Below, piece after piece: positions 1 to 17,101 of a stretch of DNA of 64,000 nt. Source of the DNA: Octopus vulgaris (lineage: Eukaryota); NCBI GenBank assembly GCA_951406725.2, contig OX597843.1, positions 19,964,001 to 20,028,000 of the forward strand, read 5' to 3'. A model generated the notes under the pieces. The model was not told where the DNA came from. It worked only from the letters and a program-made list of their open reading frames with translations, and searched no databases. The first letter of the stretch is position 1. Every line of letters begins with the position of its first letter. The position numbers and the translations under genes are program-made.

Positions 1-645
1 ACGGCCACACCTTGAATACTGCTGCCCACTGTGGTCTCCTCACACAAGACAAAACATCTCCAGAATTGAGTCACCCCAGAGGGCTCTCACTAAACAAATT
101 GAAAGCATGGCTGCTCTCGACTATTGGGATCGCCTTAAAGCCTTGAAACTTTACTCCCTCCAGCGTCGCCGTGAGCGGTACATCATTTGTACGATGTGGA
201 AAATATACCGCCAACTTTGCCCAAACGACCTAAACATTAGCTTCAAGGTTCATCCGAGACTTGGACCACGGGCTATACGTCCCCTGCCAAATTCAAGATC
301 ACAACATACATGTACACTGCAACATAATTTCTTTTCCTCAACAGGCCCTGCCCTATTTAACATTGTCCCGAGGGAGATCAAAGAGGAAAAGGATCCCATC
401 AACTTCAAACAGAGTCTGGATAGATTCCTTCAAAGAATACCAGACAAGCCACCCATAATTGGATACAACTCACCCAACAAGAACTCACTACTTGAACAAA
501 ACTGGATACAACTCACCCAACAAGAACTCACTACTTGAACAAAACTTGACTTAAACAGGATTCGAATAATCCTATCAGGTGGTGCTATTAAGTTAGACAT
601 GGCCTGGACCAATCTCTGGTCGAAACATATCTAAGTTTTATCTAA
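1..645 (+). mobile_element. CR1/L2-type LINE, 3' end (RT C-terminal region)
   Basis: ORF 107-538 LDYWDRLKALKLYSLQRRRERY is a typical CR1-group C-terminus; short tandem tail (ctaagtttta); exact 43-bp tandem duplication 461-503/504-546. Confidence 0.75.
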
Positions 646-674
646 GTTTTATATATATATATATATATATATAT

Positions 675-905
675 TCGCGTTTGTGCTTGTGTGTCTGTGT
701 TTGTCCCCCTAGCATTGCTTGACAACCGATGCTGGTGTTTTTATGTCCCCGTAACCTAGCGTTTCGGCAAAAGAAACCGTTAGAATAAGTACTGGGCTTA
801 CAAAAGAATAAGTACCGGGGTCGAGTTGCTCGATCAAAGGCGGTGCTCCAGCATGGCCGCAGTCAAATGACTGAAACAAGTAAAAGAGTAAAAGAGAAAA
901 GAGTA
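675..905 (+). mobile_element. SINE 3' portion (octopus-type)
   Basis: ggcggtgctccagcatggccgcagtcaaatgactgaaacaag followed by (taaaagag)n tail; diverged reverse copy at 18874-19065 and related tail at 1024-1090. Confidence 0.65.
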
Positions 906-1102
906 TAACAAAAGAGGCGTTGTATTTCCATGCAGAAAAGTATATAAGATTTTTTTTGTTGAAAATGCCCCTAAATTTGAAAAAAACATGTAATTGTTTT
1001 TAAATAAATATATTTATATAAAATGGCGGCGCCCCAGCATGGCCACAGCTCGTGAGCTGAAACTAGATAATATAAAATAAAACAAATAAAAACAATATAC
1101 AT

Positions 1103-2240
1103 ACCAAACTAGTTTCAACAATATTTTTTGTTTATCAATGGTAAAAATTTAAAATTATGAATTAGAAAAACATGTTTTTATGTTTATAAGTTTCGGTGAA
1201 ATGAAGTATGATTTTAAATGTTCATAAATTTCAATAATATATAAAAAATGTGGATCATTTTGCTCAAATGCACAACATTCAATAGTGTTAGTAGTGATCG
1301 ATAAGAAATGCGGATCATCAAAGGTTCGGCCATACTGAGTTAAGAGGGAGAAAAACAAGGGAGAAATGAAGATAGTGAAAAAAGGGTTTTTGTTTACAGT
1401 TTCTGTGATTCTCTTACCGACATGTGTAGGATCTTTTGCTTGTAAAGGCGTTTTTTTAGAATCCGGTGTATTTACGATTTTTTCCGTGAACGGATCTGAT
1501 ATTTGTTGATGTCTTATTTTTCTGGTGGTCAAGATTTTCATTCTGCCTGGTTGGCTTACCTGTGGGGAACGGTCATCAGCCATTCCAGTTGGTTGATTCT
1601 CTTAAAAGGGTAATTTTGTTGTATTTGCTGAAGTTCGATTTTGATTGTAAGTCAAATTTCATTGTTCTGGAGTTAGGTGACGTCAGCAACTGGTATGTGT
1701 ATGGTGATATTGTATGGCGATTCGGATTTGCGATTTCGAAACCCGCGTGGAAAACTGTTACTAAAGCGTTTTGAATATCTGTTTTTGTATCACGTTTGTT
1801 GTTTCTTTGTGGAGAAATTATGTTTCTTAATTTTTCGCTTTCGTGTTTAAACAGAGGTGAATAAGAGGGAATGAATTAAACGATATTCTTTATTCCATAA
1901 TACTACAATTGTTACTACATGATTTCACAACCATTGTACATGGTTCAGATGATATAATTAATAAATTGCGTAATCCTTACCATCTATCAGAGGTGTAAAA
2001 CAGGCTTTTCAGGTGAGTATTTCAATAAGTCCTACGTTCCACCTTTAAGGAACTGTAGTGATGACACACGATGTAAATTATATGATCTCATCAAGAACTA
2101 CGGATGTGATGTGTAGACACAAATGCATTGATATAGAATAAAGAAAGTCGCTGAAACCATACTCTTATTCTTCATTAGGTATATATGTATATATGCAAGT
2201 ATGTATGTATGTATGTACCAATCCTCTCTTTTTACTTGTG
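1103..2240. repeat. Diverged duplicated segment, copy A (paralogue of 17400-18890)
   Basis: Colinear blocks such as ccaaactagtt.caacaatattt, ggtcatcagccattccagttgg, gtttaaacagaggtgaataagag, aatccttaccatctatc. Confidence 0.85.
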
Positions 2241-2289
2241 TTGTGTGGACGCCCCCAGACGATGAAGTAGGCTAGCTCAATACGTAGAT

Positions 2290-3960
2290 ATAGAGGGAGA
2301 AGTCTAGACGTCGAAGTAGAGTCGAGTTGAGTAGAGAAGTTTGTAGTTGATAGGTGTTGTTTTTGAGGTCGAGTTGTTGAAGTTGAGTTGTATTTGTGAG
2401 TGGAACGTGAATTTATTGTTGGTTGTTGCTGTTGTTGATACCGTTGTTAATATCGTTAAAGTTTTGTTGAGTTGATTTTTCCCATTGAGGAAAATGGAGA
2501 AGGCGCCAGCGGGGGCTACTGGAGGAGAAGCGGGGAGAGAAGCATTGGAGACTTTTAAAGTAGAGGTCGAGGCCAGGAGGATGAAGGCTGGCGAGAGGCT
2601 GCTGAGTGGGGAAGGCGAGATGAAATTGACACCACCCGAGGAGCTGGTGAACAGCGTTATGAGGAAGACAGTGACATACAGGACTGTGAGGGTCGCTACA
2701 GGAAGGATCGAGATAGCAACTGTGGTGGGGATCGAGAGTATGTTGGAAGGCATGAAAGGATGATAACCTTAGGAACAGGATGCAGGGAGTATGCAACTGT
2801 GGATGTGCGTTTCACATCAGAGGAGGAAGCGATGAGGAATGCTACGGAGGCGGTCCGCTCAGAAGAATGGATTCTTCTGCCATCCTGTTGCGGCGGTCGT
2901 GTGGCGAGTGTTCGGTTGGGCCAGGTGCCCCCTGAGCTGGAGGAGGCATGGCTGATGACAGCCATTGTGTACAACATGGAGGATGAGGCTGGAATATTGA
3001 GGGCCACCAGAGCAAACAAGCTGCTGGGGCTGTGGGTTGGAACTAACAATCCAGGCTAAAGTGGAGGACTTGAACGGAATGGCAGAGGAGATAGCGTTGC
3101 ACTGGGAGTGAAGGTGGAAGGCAGGCCGCTTGTGTGTTTCGAGTGTGGCAAGGAGGGACACATGAAGGCGAGATGTCCACGGAGGGAGCAGAGAGAGACT
3201 GAAGAGGGTGTCGAGCAGGCATTGACAGTAGAGAATAATGAGAAAACAGCCGAAGAAGAATTCACGTTAGTGGAAAGAAAAAGGAGGAGCGGTAGGGTAA
3301 GCCCGCCACAGACTAACCAGAAAAAGAAGAAAGAAGAGGTGGGAAAGAAAGGGATAACGAGAAAGAAAGATGATAAAAGTGAGGCGGAAAAGGAAAGAGA
3401 AAAAATAATTAAGAAGGTGTGTGACAATGAGTCAGAGAAGGAGGAAGTAAGTATGAAGATGACAGGTGAATTGACGGAAGATTCAGGAACTCAACTACAA
3501 GAGGGTGAGATGGAGAAACTGAAGACGGAGAAGAGAAGGTCTCAGATTCAGAGAAGAGTATAGAAGAACCTATAAAATAGAAAGGTAGTAATAGAAGAAA
3601 GGAGAAGACCGAAAGGGGGTAAGAACAAATAGAATTTTGTGACGTATTCTAAGAACAAGGAAGTGGAGAAACAAATCGTAAAGTTCATAAGGGTAAAGTT
3701 GTCCAATGACGTGAACCAAGAGAGTGTTAAGGTTATTGTGGTCGATAGGGAAACCTATAATAAACTTAGAGATATGTGCGGGGATTGAATTGACCCGGCC
3801 AGAGCGTTGGTGGCGTTCAACGTGCTGCCCCCAGTAATTGATCTGTTAGAACTGGAGCCGTATATGAGACGTTAAAGGTGAAAAAAAGGGAAAAAAAGAA
3901 AGGAAAACGTTTCATATTTGTGTTTTATTTCGCAAGTCGACTTTTCCGAAGGAAATGAAG
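2290..3960 (+). mobile_element. ORF1-only (HAL1-like) non-LTR element, frameshifted ORF1 with CCHC zinc knuckle
   Basis: ATG 2494; consecutive ORFs 2485-2763, 2760-3059, 3108-3563 with CFECGKEGHMKARC; charged linker; C-terminal domain ~3635-3865; no APE/RT follows. Confidence 0.6.
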
Positions 3961-4176
3961 TTATAACTCAGGTAGTATAAGTTACTTTTATTAAACGTAA
4001 CTCAGCCGGGAACTTTATGATACCACTTCGTATATATACGACATGTTTCTAAGTTACCCTGTACCCAATTAACTAACATACACGGGTTTGTTCGGTTGAA
4101 GACCAGAGTACACGCAGAGGGACAGAATACAGAAACAAAACTGCTATCACACAGCCATACCAACATCTAAGCTTAT

Positions 4177-4209
<33 letters not shown>

Positions 4210-4364
4210 TACACACACACACACATACATGAGGGAAATGGAAAATTGATTTTACAAGATTCGTCAATCACTACGGCCGTTTCAGCCCGTCTTCAATCGG
4301 CCACTCACGGATGAGATAATGGTCGAGTGGACTCGGTGCATCTTTCTGTGCAGATGTTTCTCGT

Positions 4365-4573
4365 CAGTTGACGTTTCAAAAAGCGCCTCGCTCAATAAAC
4401 TCGGTTTCACTCGGTTCGAACAACAACAACAACAATAACAATAACCAAAATCAGTAACAACGAGGAAGTCGATGATGAAGAAAAGATAGTAGCAAGAAAA
4501 CAGACAAGATGGACAAGCAAAACAATTTGACAATTGCGAATGAGGATAGAAATGACAATAAAAATATATCAAC
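4365..4573 (+). other. Candidate first exon of a plus-strand transcript
   Basis: CpG-rich unique stretch, Inr-like TCAGTT near 4363, ATG 4509 open (MDKQNNLTIANEDRNDNKNIS) to consensus donor AAC|GTAAGT at 4573/4574. Confidence 0.3.
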
Positions 4574-5177
4574 GTAAGTAATATCATTACACATACACAC
4601 AAACGTACGAGGGACACACCAAACATTGTTTTATATTGTGGACGACTGACTACTCTAACATCCTTCCTAAAGAAATTGAAACGGCATAAGCAGCCATCAC
4701 AATTGACAGTTTGACCAAATTGCCCCAGCTGTAGCTCACTGTACAAATAGAAAATGACGACTACCAACTTCAGCACGTCATGTAATTGTAGAGTTTAAAA
4801 TAATTCATATCAATGAAGCAGCATCTAAAAAAAAGTGAGAATGAATATATTTCGATACGTTCTTTTCTTTTCTTGAAGTGTATATAGATTTTTCAAGCGA
4901 ACTCTGCATAAATATGTATTTCATAATATACCCACCTGTAGACACGAATACAAACATACATATTCTCATTCAATCGTACGCTCATACACAAAATGTTAGA
5001 CATTGATGCTGAAACATACAGACACAAACAATTGCAGATACTTTCATACACACTCCAACACGAATATGGTAGCGGAATATACGTTAGAGATACAGAGAAA
5101 AAGAAAGATGAGAAGACATTAAGTTCCTAGAAAAATTTCGTAAATAAAATAATATCAAAAAAACTTAAGCAACTTAC

Positions 5178-5249
5178 ATTTTCTGTAGACTTGGAAGATT
5201 TTGAAAGACACCTTGTGGGATGGTTGTGATCTGATTGCCATAGAAATTT
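5178..5249 (-). CDS. Internal 72-bp LRR exon of a leucine-rich-repeat protein gene
   Basis: ttttatgtttcag|...|gtaagt, phase 2-2, exactly 24 codons: NFYGNQITTIPQGVFQNLPSLQK (typical LRR). Confidence 0.85.
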
Positions 5250-5329
5250 CTGAAACATAAAACACGGGTCAAAAGAAAAAGTATTAAAAAGATTTCTGAT
5301 AAAATATTAAATCTTGTATCTTTAGAATC

Positions 5330-6905
5330 ATATTAAGAAAAAAAGGACGATAAAGGAGAAAATGGCCGAGATGATGTTTATGTTGATGATGAAGGGGAGG
5401 ATGATGGCGATATAATGCTTAGCGTAGATGATCATAAACCATTTCAGATTACAAGAAATTGATTTATGTTGAAGTTTATGGATTAGTCGAGATAAATAGG
5501 TAGTGTCAGACAATGCTTTGTCTTAAAGGGTCAGTGTTAGTAAGGAAGTTGAAGTGTGTTCTATTTTTGTGGATATGAGGCTGGGGGTTCGGGTGAGTTA
5601 TGTTATTATGATAAAGGTTACTAATTGTATGTTTCAAAGTTCCTTATATGTTAAGATTTCGGATTGGTCCAACAATTTCAGTGGTGGTGGAGTAGGAAAT
5701 TGTTATAGATTGCGGGTTAAATATTTTGGTATAGGGGCTGGACATAGGGAGATGCTTCTCGTGTATGGTGAAGAAGAGCATGGGTACAAGGGGTCGGGTA
5801 TTAAGAGGGAAGGGTGTATTCTTGGTTCCGAGGTTAGTTGAGGGAGGCTTGTTCCACATAGGGGTATATTCGATCGAATTCTTATGACCGGAGCGTTGTA
5901 AGGCGCAATTATAATATTCAGCGTATTGTTCGAATATTTCCGTACCGGCGGGCAGTGATGAAATCCGTTTTGATACGATATCTACGATAGAGTTTAGGAC
6001 AACTGGCGTTGTGTTTGGAGGAAAAGTTGACGTAGTGGAGGTTCCCCTTAAGTTTATGGCATGGGTAGAAAATTTGACTTTGTAGATCTAGGGTGACATC
6101 TAGGAAATTAGAAGTTTTAAGGCTGTTACAAAAAGTGATGCAGAGGCCCACTTTTTAAAAAATATATCTTAGCCTTTTTCTAATCTGTTCGATTCGGCGG
6201 TTGCGAGAATCCCGAATGTCTCTATTGGCCCAGAAGTACCCAGTTTTATCATATGATTATATCAATATCGTCACAAGTGAGGTTAGAGTGTATCATTGCA
6301 AACATGAGGACTTTGTTGAGAAGGATAAGGGATACACTAGAGTGATTTGGTCTATGTCGATCTGGATGAATTTAAAAGCATGTTTAGGGCTTTAGGAATT
6401 AAACCACTGGACGGCTTGAGTAATTTCAGTCCATAGGTGTAGTGTGTACGTTGGATGCAGTTGGGGGTATAATCCTGTCTGATAAAATCTTGTGATCTTA
6501 CTTGTATCTGAAATGGAGAAGCAAATAAGGCGAACGGAATGGTCCTTGCCAAATTTTATTTTCTAGTCTTCTACGTTAATATCGAATGTGCGAGTTAAGG
6601 AAGGTTCAGTCCTATCTTCTAATCCGAGTTCGAAAACGAGATCACGGTTCTTGATGATGATGTCTTTTCGAGTGGAACCGGTACAATATGGTAGCCTTTA
6701 TGTAGTTGCTTGAGTATTAGCTCACGGTATTTATCTAGAGGAACGTTATAAAGGTTGCCGGTCTTGACAGCTTTGAAGAGAATTTCAGAGTATTTTTGAA
6801 GACTCACGATGATAATATAAGTTTTAGTTAGGTGGGGTTTGATTGTTATTTTTCTGGGTTTCAATGTGATGTCTTTAACGAGATTGGTAAGATCTTGGTC
6901 GAAAT
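5330..6905 (-). mobile_element. Degenerate Penelope-like element (RT)
   Basis: KTGNLYNVPLDKY (6619-6864) and NFLDVTLDL...HYVNFSSKH (5918-6151) are PLE RT motifs; many stops/frameshifts. Confidence 0.7.
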
Positions 6906-7078
6906 TATCTGGTTACGCTTACGAAGTGCATATATAACGTTTCTCTCTTAGTCTGCGAATTATCTTACATTCAACAACATATAATACTTATGTATATATT
7001 GGTATATTGTGCGTATATGTATGTATGCATATACATATGTTCGTTACCAATATGTATGCAGAATAATATTGACATAAC

Positions 7079-9650
7079 TGGTGATAAGTCCATTCAGATT
7101 AGCGTAAGATATGGGCGCCACGGGACACCGCTGACGGTGGGAGGGACCTTCTTGTCTCATTGGTTAGCTACTGCCTACCTGAAGCAGGGCAGCCCCCAGT
7201 TAATAAGTTGCTGACCCACCACAGGCCGCCTGCTTCATTGGGTGCTTGGAGCTAAGAGTTTGACTTGAAAAAACGGCCTGCAACATCTGCACCAGGCAAA
7301 CAACTAAAAGACAAGAAACCACCAGTCCTGCGGTTAGAAAACTGGGATGTCAGGACCATGTGCCCTGGAATATCTGATGATCTACTCAGGGTTGAAGACA
7401 CAAGAAAGACGGCCATCATTGACCGTGAACTAGAGAGGCTTAACATAGACATTGCTGGGCTGCAGGAGCCAAGACTCCCCTCAAACGGGAAAGTCAAAGA
7501 ACAGGATTTCACCTTCTTTTGGCAGGGAAGCGATCTAGAAGAACCTCGTCAGCATGGCGTTGGATTGCAGTGAGAAACTCATTACTCTCCTCAATAGAAC
7601 CACCATCAGGAGGCACTGAGCGTATCCTCTCACTGCGCCTCTCGACTTCTTCTGTTTCAGTATATCTACTGAGCATCTATGCTCCCACTCTCTACAGCCC
7701 AGAGGAGACCAAGGACCAGTTCTACAAAGATCTCAACTGTGTCATTAAAAATATACCAACAAATGAAAACATCTACCTTCTAGGAGATTCGTGGCCCATT
7801 TGTGTTGGATACACTGATATTGGCAACATGAATGACAATGGTGTGAGACTACTTGAATTTTGCCGATACCATAACCTGGGCGTCACCAGCACATACTTTG
7901 CCAACAAGCCATGACACAAGGCATCTTGGAGACATCCAAGATCTCACCACAGGCATCAGATGGATCTCATCATTACACGAAGATCCTTTCTGAATTCTGT
8001 TTAACTAACCCGTAGTTACCACACAGATCACTCACTAATTAGAAGCAGGGTGAGGATCCTGCCTAGAAAAGTCCATCACTCCAAGAAAAAGGGCCGATCA
8101 CGCATTAACACTGCCAGAAGCTCGGATCCTAGACAGCGAAAATGTTTTGCTGTTTCTATCAAGGTGCCCTCAGTAGTTGCCCAACCCCTTTGCTGAAATT
8201 AGGTGGAATTATATCAGGGAAGCTTTGTATACCTCATCAATAGATACTTTCGGCATGAGAGAAAGGCAAAACCCAGATTGGTTCAGTGATGGGCTCTTAG
8301 AGCTGGAACCAGTTATCGAAGCAAAGCATGCAGCTCTGATGCAATACAAGAGTGATTCTTCTACAAAATCACTCGAAGAACTCAGAAAGGCAAAAAATAT
8401 AACCCAACTGACAGCCAGATGCTGTGCAAATAGGTATTGGCAGGAAATCTGTCAGAGTATCCAGTCAGCTGCTGAGAGTGGCGATACCCGTGGGATGTAT
8501 GCCGGTTTAAAGAAGGCCCTCGGTCCATCCGCAACCAAGTCAGCCCCTCTGAAATCAACTACTGGAGATCTCATCAGGGATCAAGGCAAGCAAATGTATA
8601 GATGGGTGGAGCACTACCAGGATCTCTATTCACGGGAGACTACAGTGGCTGAGGCTGCAGTCGAGAGTGTCAAGATCTTGCCAGTCATGTGCGAACTTGA
8701 CGGTGGGCCATCTATAGCAGAGCTCAACAAGGCTATTGACTCCCTAGCAAGAAATAAGGCTCCGGGAAAAGACGGCATCCCCTCAGAGGTCATCAAAGCC
8801 GGCAAAAACACCATCCTGCTTCGGCACCATCATGAGCTTCTGTGTCAGTGCTGGGAAGAGGGTACAGTCCCTCAGGATATGCGGGATGCTAACATCATCA
8901 CGATTTACAAAAACAAAGGTGACCGTGGTGATTGTAACAATTACCGTGGAATATCCCTTCTACGCACTGTTGGAAAGACCTTTGCCCGCGTTACCCTGGC
9001 CAGGCTACAACTACTTGCTTCTCGAATCTATCCGGAATCGCAGTGTGGCTTTAGAAGAAACAGATCAACTATCAATATGATATTCTCCATACGCCAACTT
9101 CTGGAGAAGTCCAGAGAGCAGAAAATGCCATTACGTATGGCCTTCGTTTGTAAGTAGAAAAGGCCTCTTCATCCTGCTCCAAAAAATCGGATGTCCACCA
9201 AAGCTGCTGAGGATCATCAAATATTTCCATGATGATATGCAAGGCACCATACAGCACAATGGTTCAACATCAGCCGCCTTCCAAATAAAAAACGGAGTAA
9301 AGCAAGGTTGTGTCCTTGCTCCTACATTATTTGGCATCTTCTTCTCGTTCTTACTTTCACATGCCTTTCAGACATCAGATGCTATTTGCTGATAATGCTG
9401 CTCTGGTATCACACACAAAAGCAGCCATACAAAGGCTCATCAACTGTTTTGAGCAGGCATGTAACGACTTTGGCTTAGCTATCAGCCTCAAGAAGACCAA
9501 CATCATAGGTCCGGCTACACGGACATCCCAAACATACATATTGGAGACCACAGATTACAGGAGGTTGAGACGTTTACCTATCTTGGCTCTACCGTCACCT
9601 ACAACCTATCCCTTGACGCTGAGCTCAATATACGCATTGGCGAGGCAGCT
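7079..9650 (+). mobile_element. RTE-clade LINE pseudogene (5'UTR, APE endonuclease, RT)
   Basis: ENWDVRT, DIAGLQE, SIYAPT, KAPGKDGIP, CNNYRGISLL, ESQCGFR, MLFADNAAL; 5'UTR repeated at 58437-58665. Confidence 0.9.
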
Positions 9651-9699
9651 GTGGTGAAGGCTCAAGATATACAACGGACTGGAAATAGAAGTGCTCTAA

Positions 9700-9910
9700 T
9701 GAGCTGTATACACTTTTTGTTTATATCCGAGGGGAGGCAATGCGAGCAACAACTACAGGAACATCGCAAAATCCACAGAAACACCAAATACATACAAATC
9801 TTCATATATTCATTTATATCTATAAAACCCGACATTTAAAAAATTTTTTAATGTAGTAATATATAAATATATCACATAAAAATATAAATTTTGCATATAA
9901 CACCTTGAAT
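9700..9910 (+). mobile_element. Penelope-like 5' fragment, same family as 12170-15415
   Basis: 9715-9830 resembles the reverse complement of 15300-15415 (atccgagggga..gcgagcaacaac..aaaatccacagaaa). Confidence 0.7.
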
Positions 9911-9912
9911 CT

Positions 9913-12163
9913 ACGGAGTGGCAACGGCTTGAAATAGGCATTGCAGCCGGATGCACGATATCAGTCATCTTATTTGTGTTAGTCATTGGAAATGTTACTC
10001 AGATCTACAAACTGTGAGAAAGCTGTTACTAAGACACCATTAAGGGCTTTTATGGACGACGTAACTATATTATCAGAAAGTAGAGAAGCAGCAGAGGAAA
10101 CGTTAGAGCGGTTGGACGAACTGATAGGATGGGCATGGATGAAATTCAAAGCCAAAGAATCTCGAAGCGTGGCTTTCGTGAAAGGAAGGCAAGAAGTGAA
10201 ATTCAGGATAGGAGGTGAAGACATACCATCGGCGAAAGAACAACAGGTAAAGAGTCTCGGCAGATGATCTATAAAGATTTATTAAATGATAAGAAGCAAG
10301 GAAAAGAAACAACAAGTTAGTAGAACAAGGATTAAAGGCAATTGACAGAACAACGCTGCCGGGAAAATTCAAATGTTGGATACTGCAATTTGGTCTGTCC
10401 CCAAGAATAATGTGGCCATTACAAATGTACGAAATAGCCTCGAGTAGAATAGAAAGGATGGAGCAAAGATGCAGTGTGTTTATCAGAAAATGGCTTGGTC
10501 TGCCGAAACCACTGAATACAACTGCACTATATGGAAAAGCCGAGCTACAACTACCAATAACATCAATCGCCGAAGAATATAAGGCAGGAAAGACAAGGAC
10601 AGTAATGATGCTAAGGTATTCAAAAGATCAGAGTATCCGGGAAAACCCTTCAAAGGTACGATTAGGGAGGAAATGGAAGGCGGAAGAGGCAGTAAACAGG
10701 GTTATCGGAAAACTAAAGCACGCAGATATAGTCGGAGCGACGCAAGAAGCTACAACCAGCCTAGGGTCACAAAATTTCAGGCCATTTTGCAAGAGCAGTG
10801 TAAAAGAGATGAAAGAGGCAGTGGTATACGAAGTGAGAAAGGAGGAAGAAGAAAGGCGAAATGTACATTTGGTGCAATGCAGTTAAAATGGACAATGCCT
10901 GAGATGGGAGGAATATGTGATCAACCGCAGAATATCATGGAAGGAACTTTGGGCTTGGGAACAAGCAAGAACATCCTTCCTGATCAAGTCTACCTCCGAC
11001 GTTCTACCCTCACCGGCGAACTTAGTCCGGTGGAACATAAACAAAATTGATGATTGTAGATGCGGAGAGAAAGCGACGGTTAGACATGTTATGTCAAGTT
11101 GCAGACTAGCACTTGAAAGAAATACTTGGCGGCATAATCAAGTCCTCAGCGTCATAAGCGCAGCACTCAAGGATAAGATCGAGAGGTACAATTGGGGAGA
11201 GTACCGAAAAGTAGAAAAGCGCAGGAAGTATACTTCCACAAGGAGGGAAAAGGTTATAAAACCAGGCCTACAAGTAAAGTATGCAAGATAGACGAAGGAT
11301 GGAAGGGATACTTGGAGGTGGCCACGGACTTGGAAAGACAAGTAGTATTTCCACTAATAAAAACAACACAAAGACCGGACTTAGTTCTATGGAACAGAGA
11401 CCTGGGAATGGGAATTTTACTAGAACTGACAGTACCTTGGGAAGAGAACATCGGCAATGAAACTAAAGGAGAAGAGATACGAAAAGCTAATCGAAGAATG
11501 CAGAGAACAGGGATTGAATGTCGAATATTATCACCTGGCAGTGGGGGCTAGAGGCTTCATTGAAAGGAAAATGACAACGCTTTTCAAGAGAAGATTTGTT
11601 TTTTTCTAGCCCCGAGCTGCGTAAACTAATAAGGAGAGTACAGGAGGCGGTCGGAAAAGCCAGCTTCTATATATGGCTGAAGCGGGAAGACCGAAGATGG
11701 CTTGAAAGTCATAAACACGCCGACGGGAAGTAACATCATTAGGTGAGACTGGCTGACTGAATCAGCTTCGCTGACTGACAGGTGATGGTCGTTTAGAAAA
11801 AGCGCGGGCTAAAGCTACGCACCTTCTCTAGTCAGTTAAGGTGAGACAGTGCCACGTGACAAGTAGCTGGGGCTATGTGGCAGGTATTTAAAGAGAGAAA
11901 TTTGACAAGACAGTCAGTCACCGGCTGACACTCGCTGACGATACGTCGAAGAGGCCAGGGAAAAGAAGAAAGAAGAAGAACGAAGACATGTACCCAACAC
12001 CAGAACTGAAGACACCTCCAAAAGGAGGGGTCCCGCCACGTCAAAACTGTAGAGGAGTAGGGGCCGAAACAAGACGTGGTTCCTCCAGACTATGTCTTGA
12101 GTTAACTGGATCCTATAAAGGAGCTGTTGGTGTAGCAGACCACGAAACACGGTTGTAATTCCT
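9913..12163 (+). mobile_element. Hero-clade (RT + restriction-like endonuclease) non-LTR retrotransposon, 5'-truncated copy 1
   Basis: RAFMDDVT, DVLPSPANL..W, CRC..HVMSSC..WRHNQVL, RPDLVLW..LELTVPWEE; near-identical to 59340-62361. Confidence 0.85.
11885..11919 (+). promoter_or_regulatory. TATA + Inr core-promoter-like module in Hero 3' region
   Basis: TATTTAAA at 11885 and TCAGTC with A at 11916 (31-nt spacing); identical spacing at 62082/62113; upstream CACGTG. Confidence 0.45.
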
Positions 12164-12169
12164 AAGTAT

Positions 12170-15515
<3,346 letters not shown>

Positions 15516-15516
15516 G

Positions 15517-15552
<36 letters not shown>

Positions 15553-15635
15553 GGTCCCGGGTTGATTCGGGGTTAACCACAGTAAGTAAGGTACTCAATA
15601 CATAGCAGAGTAAAATTAATTTATTATATAGAAGG

Positions 15636-15686
15636 AGCTTCTACAGGACTAGAACTGTTTCATTCAAGAGAAATCTTCAGGAAGCC
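15636..15686 (-). ncRNA. Type I hammerhead ribozyme (mirror of 17102-17152)
   Basis: Reverse complement of the motif at 17102-17152. Confidence 0.75.
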
Positions 15687-17101
15687 AGTCAACAAGAATT
15701 GCATTGGCATTCACACATTTAGGCAGGTTTAAAGGGGTGTTGGTGGGGGACCCCTTGGGGGCAGGCATAGCGCAAAATATCATACCTGGGGAGCGGTCAA
15801 GGAGTCAGTGCCAAATCAGATAGAAGAATAAATAAAAAAATAAAAAAATAAAAAAATCCATATATAAAAAAAGGGGAACAGAGTTTTAGGTAAATAAGGA
15901 GACTCCCACCTACACCCATGCACACATGTATACATACATACACACATACAAACATATATACATATACACACACACATACACACATATATATACATATATA
16001 CACACTCACACATACATATACATATCCACACACACACACACATGCATACATACACACACTCACATGCATACACGTACACACACATGTATATATACACACA
16101 CGACCACACACACATATACGCACAGAAAAACATATATACACATACACACACATACTCACACACACGCATACACACACATATCCACACACACACATGCACA
16201 CACAGCACACCAGTCCCCACATACACATATATACACATACACACACATACACACACACACACACACACATATACATACATGCACACGTATATATACATAT
16301 ATACACACATATGTGTACCTATGCATACCTACACACACACACATATATATACATATATATACATATGCATAGGTACACACATGTACATATATGCACATAC
16401 ACATACACATGCATGTATATGCATGTGTGCGCGTGCACATGTGTGTGCATGTGTACACATGTGTATATAGGGACCAGCGCGCCGCGTGTGCATGTGTGTG
16501 TGTGGATATGTGTATATATATATGTGTGTGTATGCGTGTATGTGAGTTGTGTGTGTATGTGTATATATACCCCTATGTGCGCACATGTATGTGTGGTCGT
16601 GCGCGCATATATACATGTGTGTACACGTGCATGCATGTGAGTGTGTGCATGTACACATACATGTGTATGTGTAGACATGCATATGCATGTGTAAGTGCAC
16701 ACACATGCATATATATGTGTGTATGCATGTGTGCATGTATATGTATATATGTTTGTATGTGTGTGTATGTATGTGTGAGTGTGTAGATATGTATATATAT
16801 GTGTGTATGTATGTGTGTGTGTATATGTATATATGTTTGTATGTGTGTATGTATGTATACATGTGTGCATGGGTGTAGGTGGGAGTCTCCTTATTTACCT
16901 AAAACTCTGTTCCCCTTTTTTTATATATGGATTTTTTTATTTTTTTATTTTTTTATTTATTCTTCTATCTGATTTGGCACTGACTCCTTGACCGCTCCCC
17001 AGGTATGATATTTTGCGCTATGCCTGCCCCCAAGGGGTCCCCCACCAACACCCCTTTAAACCTGCCTAAATGTGTGAATGCCAATGCAATTCTTGTTGAC
17101 T

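Noticed and set aside
4030-4060. Minus-strand GAAACAUGUC hammerhead 3' half
   Set aside because: No matching CUGANGA or stem I found upstream.
15797-16991. Many 100-240 aa His/Thr/Tyr or Cys/Val ORFs
   Set aside because: Translations of CA/TG/TA microsatellites; the same applies at 27.5-28.0, 34.7-35.2, 44.0-46.9, 49.4 and 53.1-53.8 kb.
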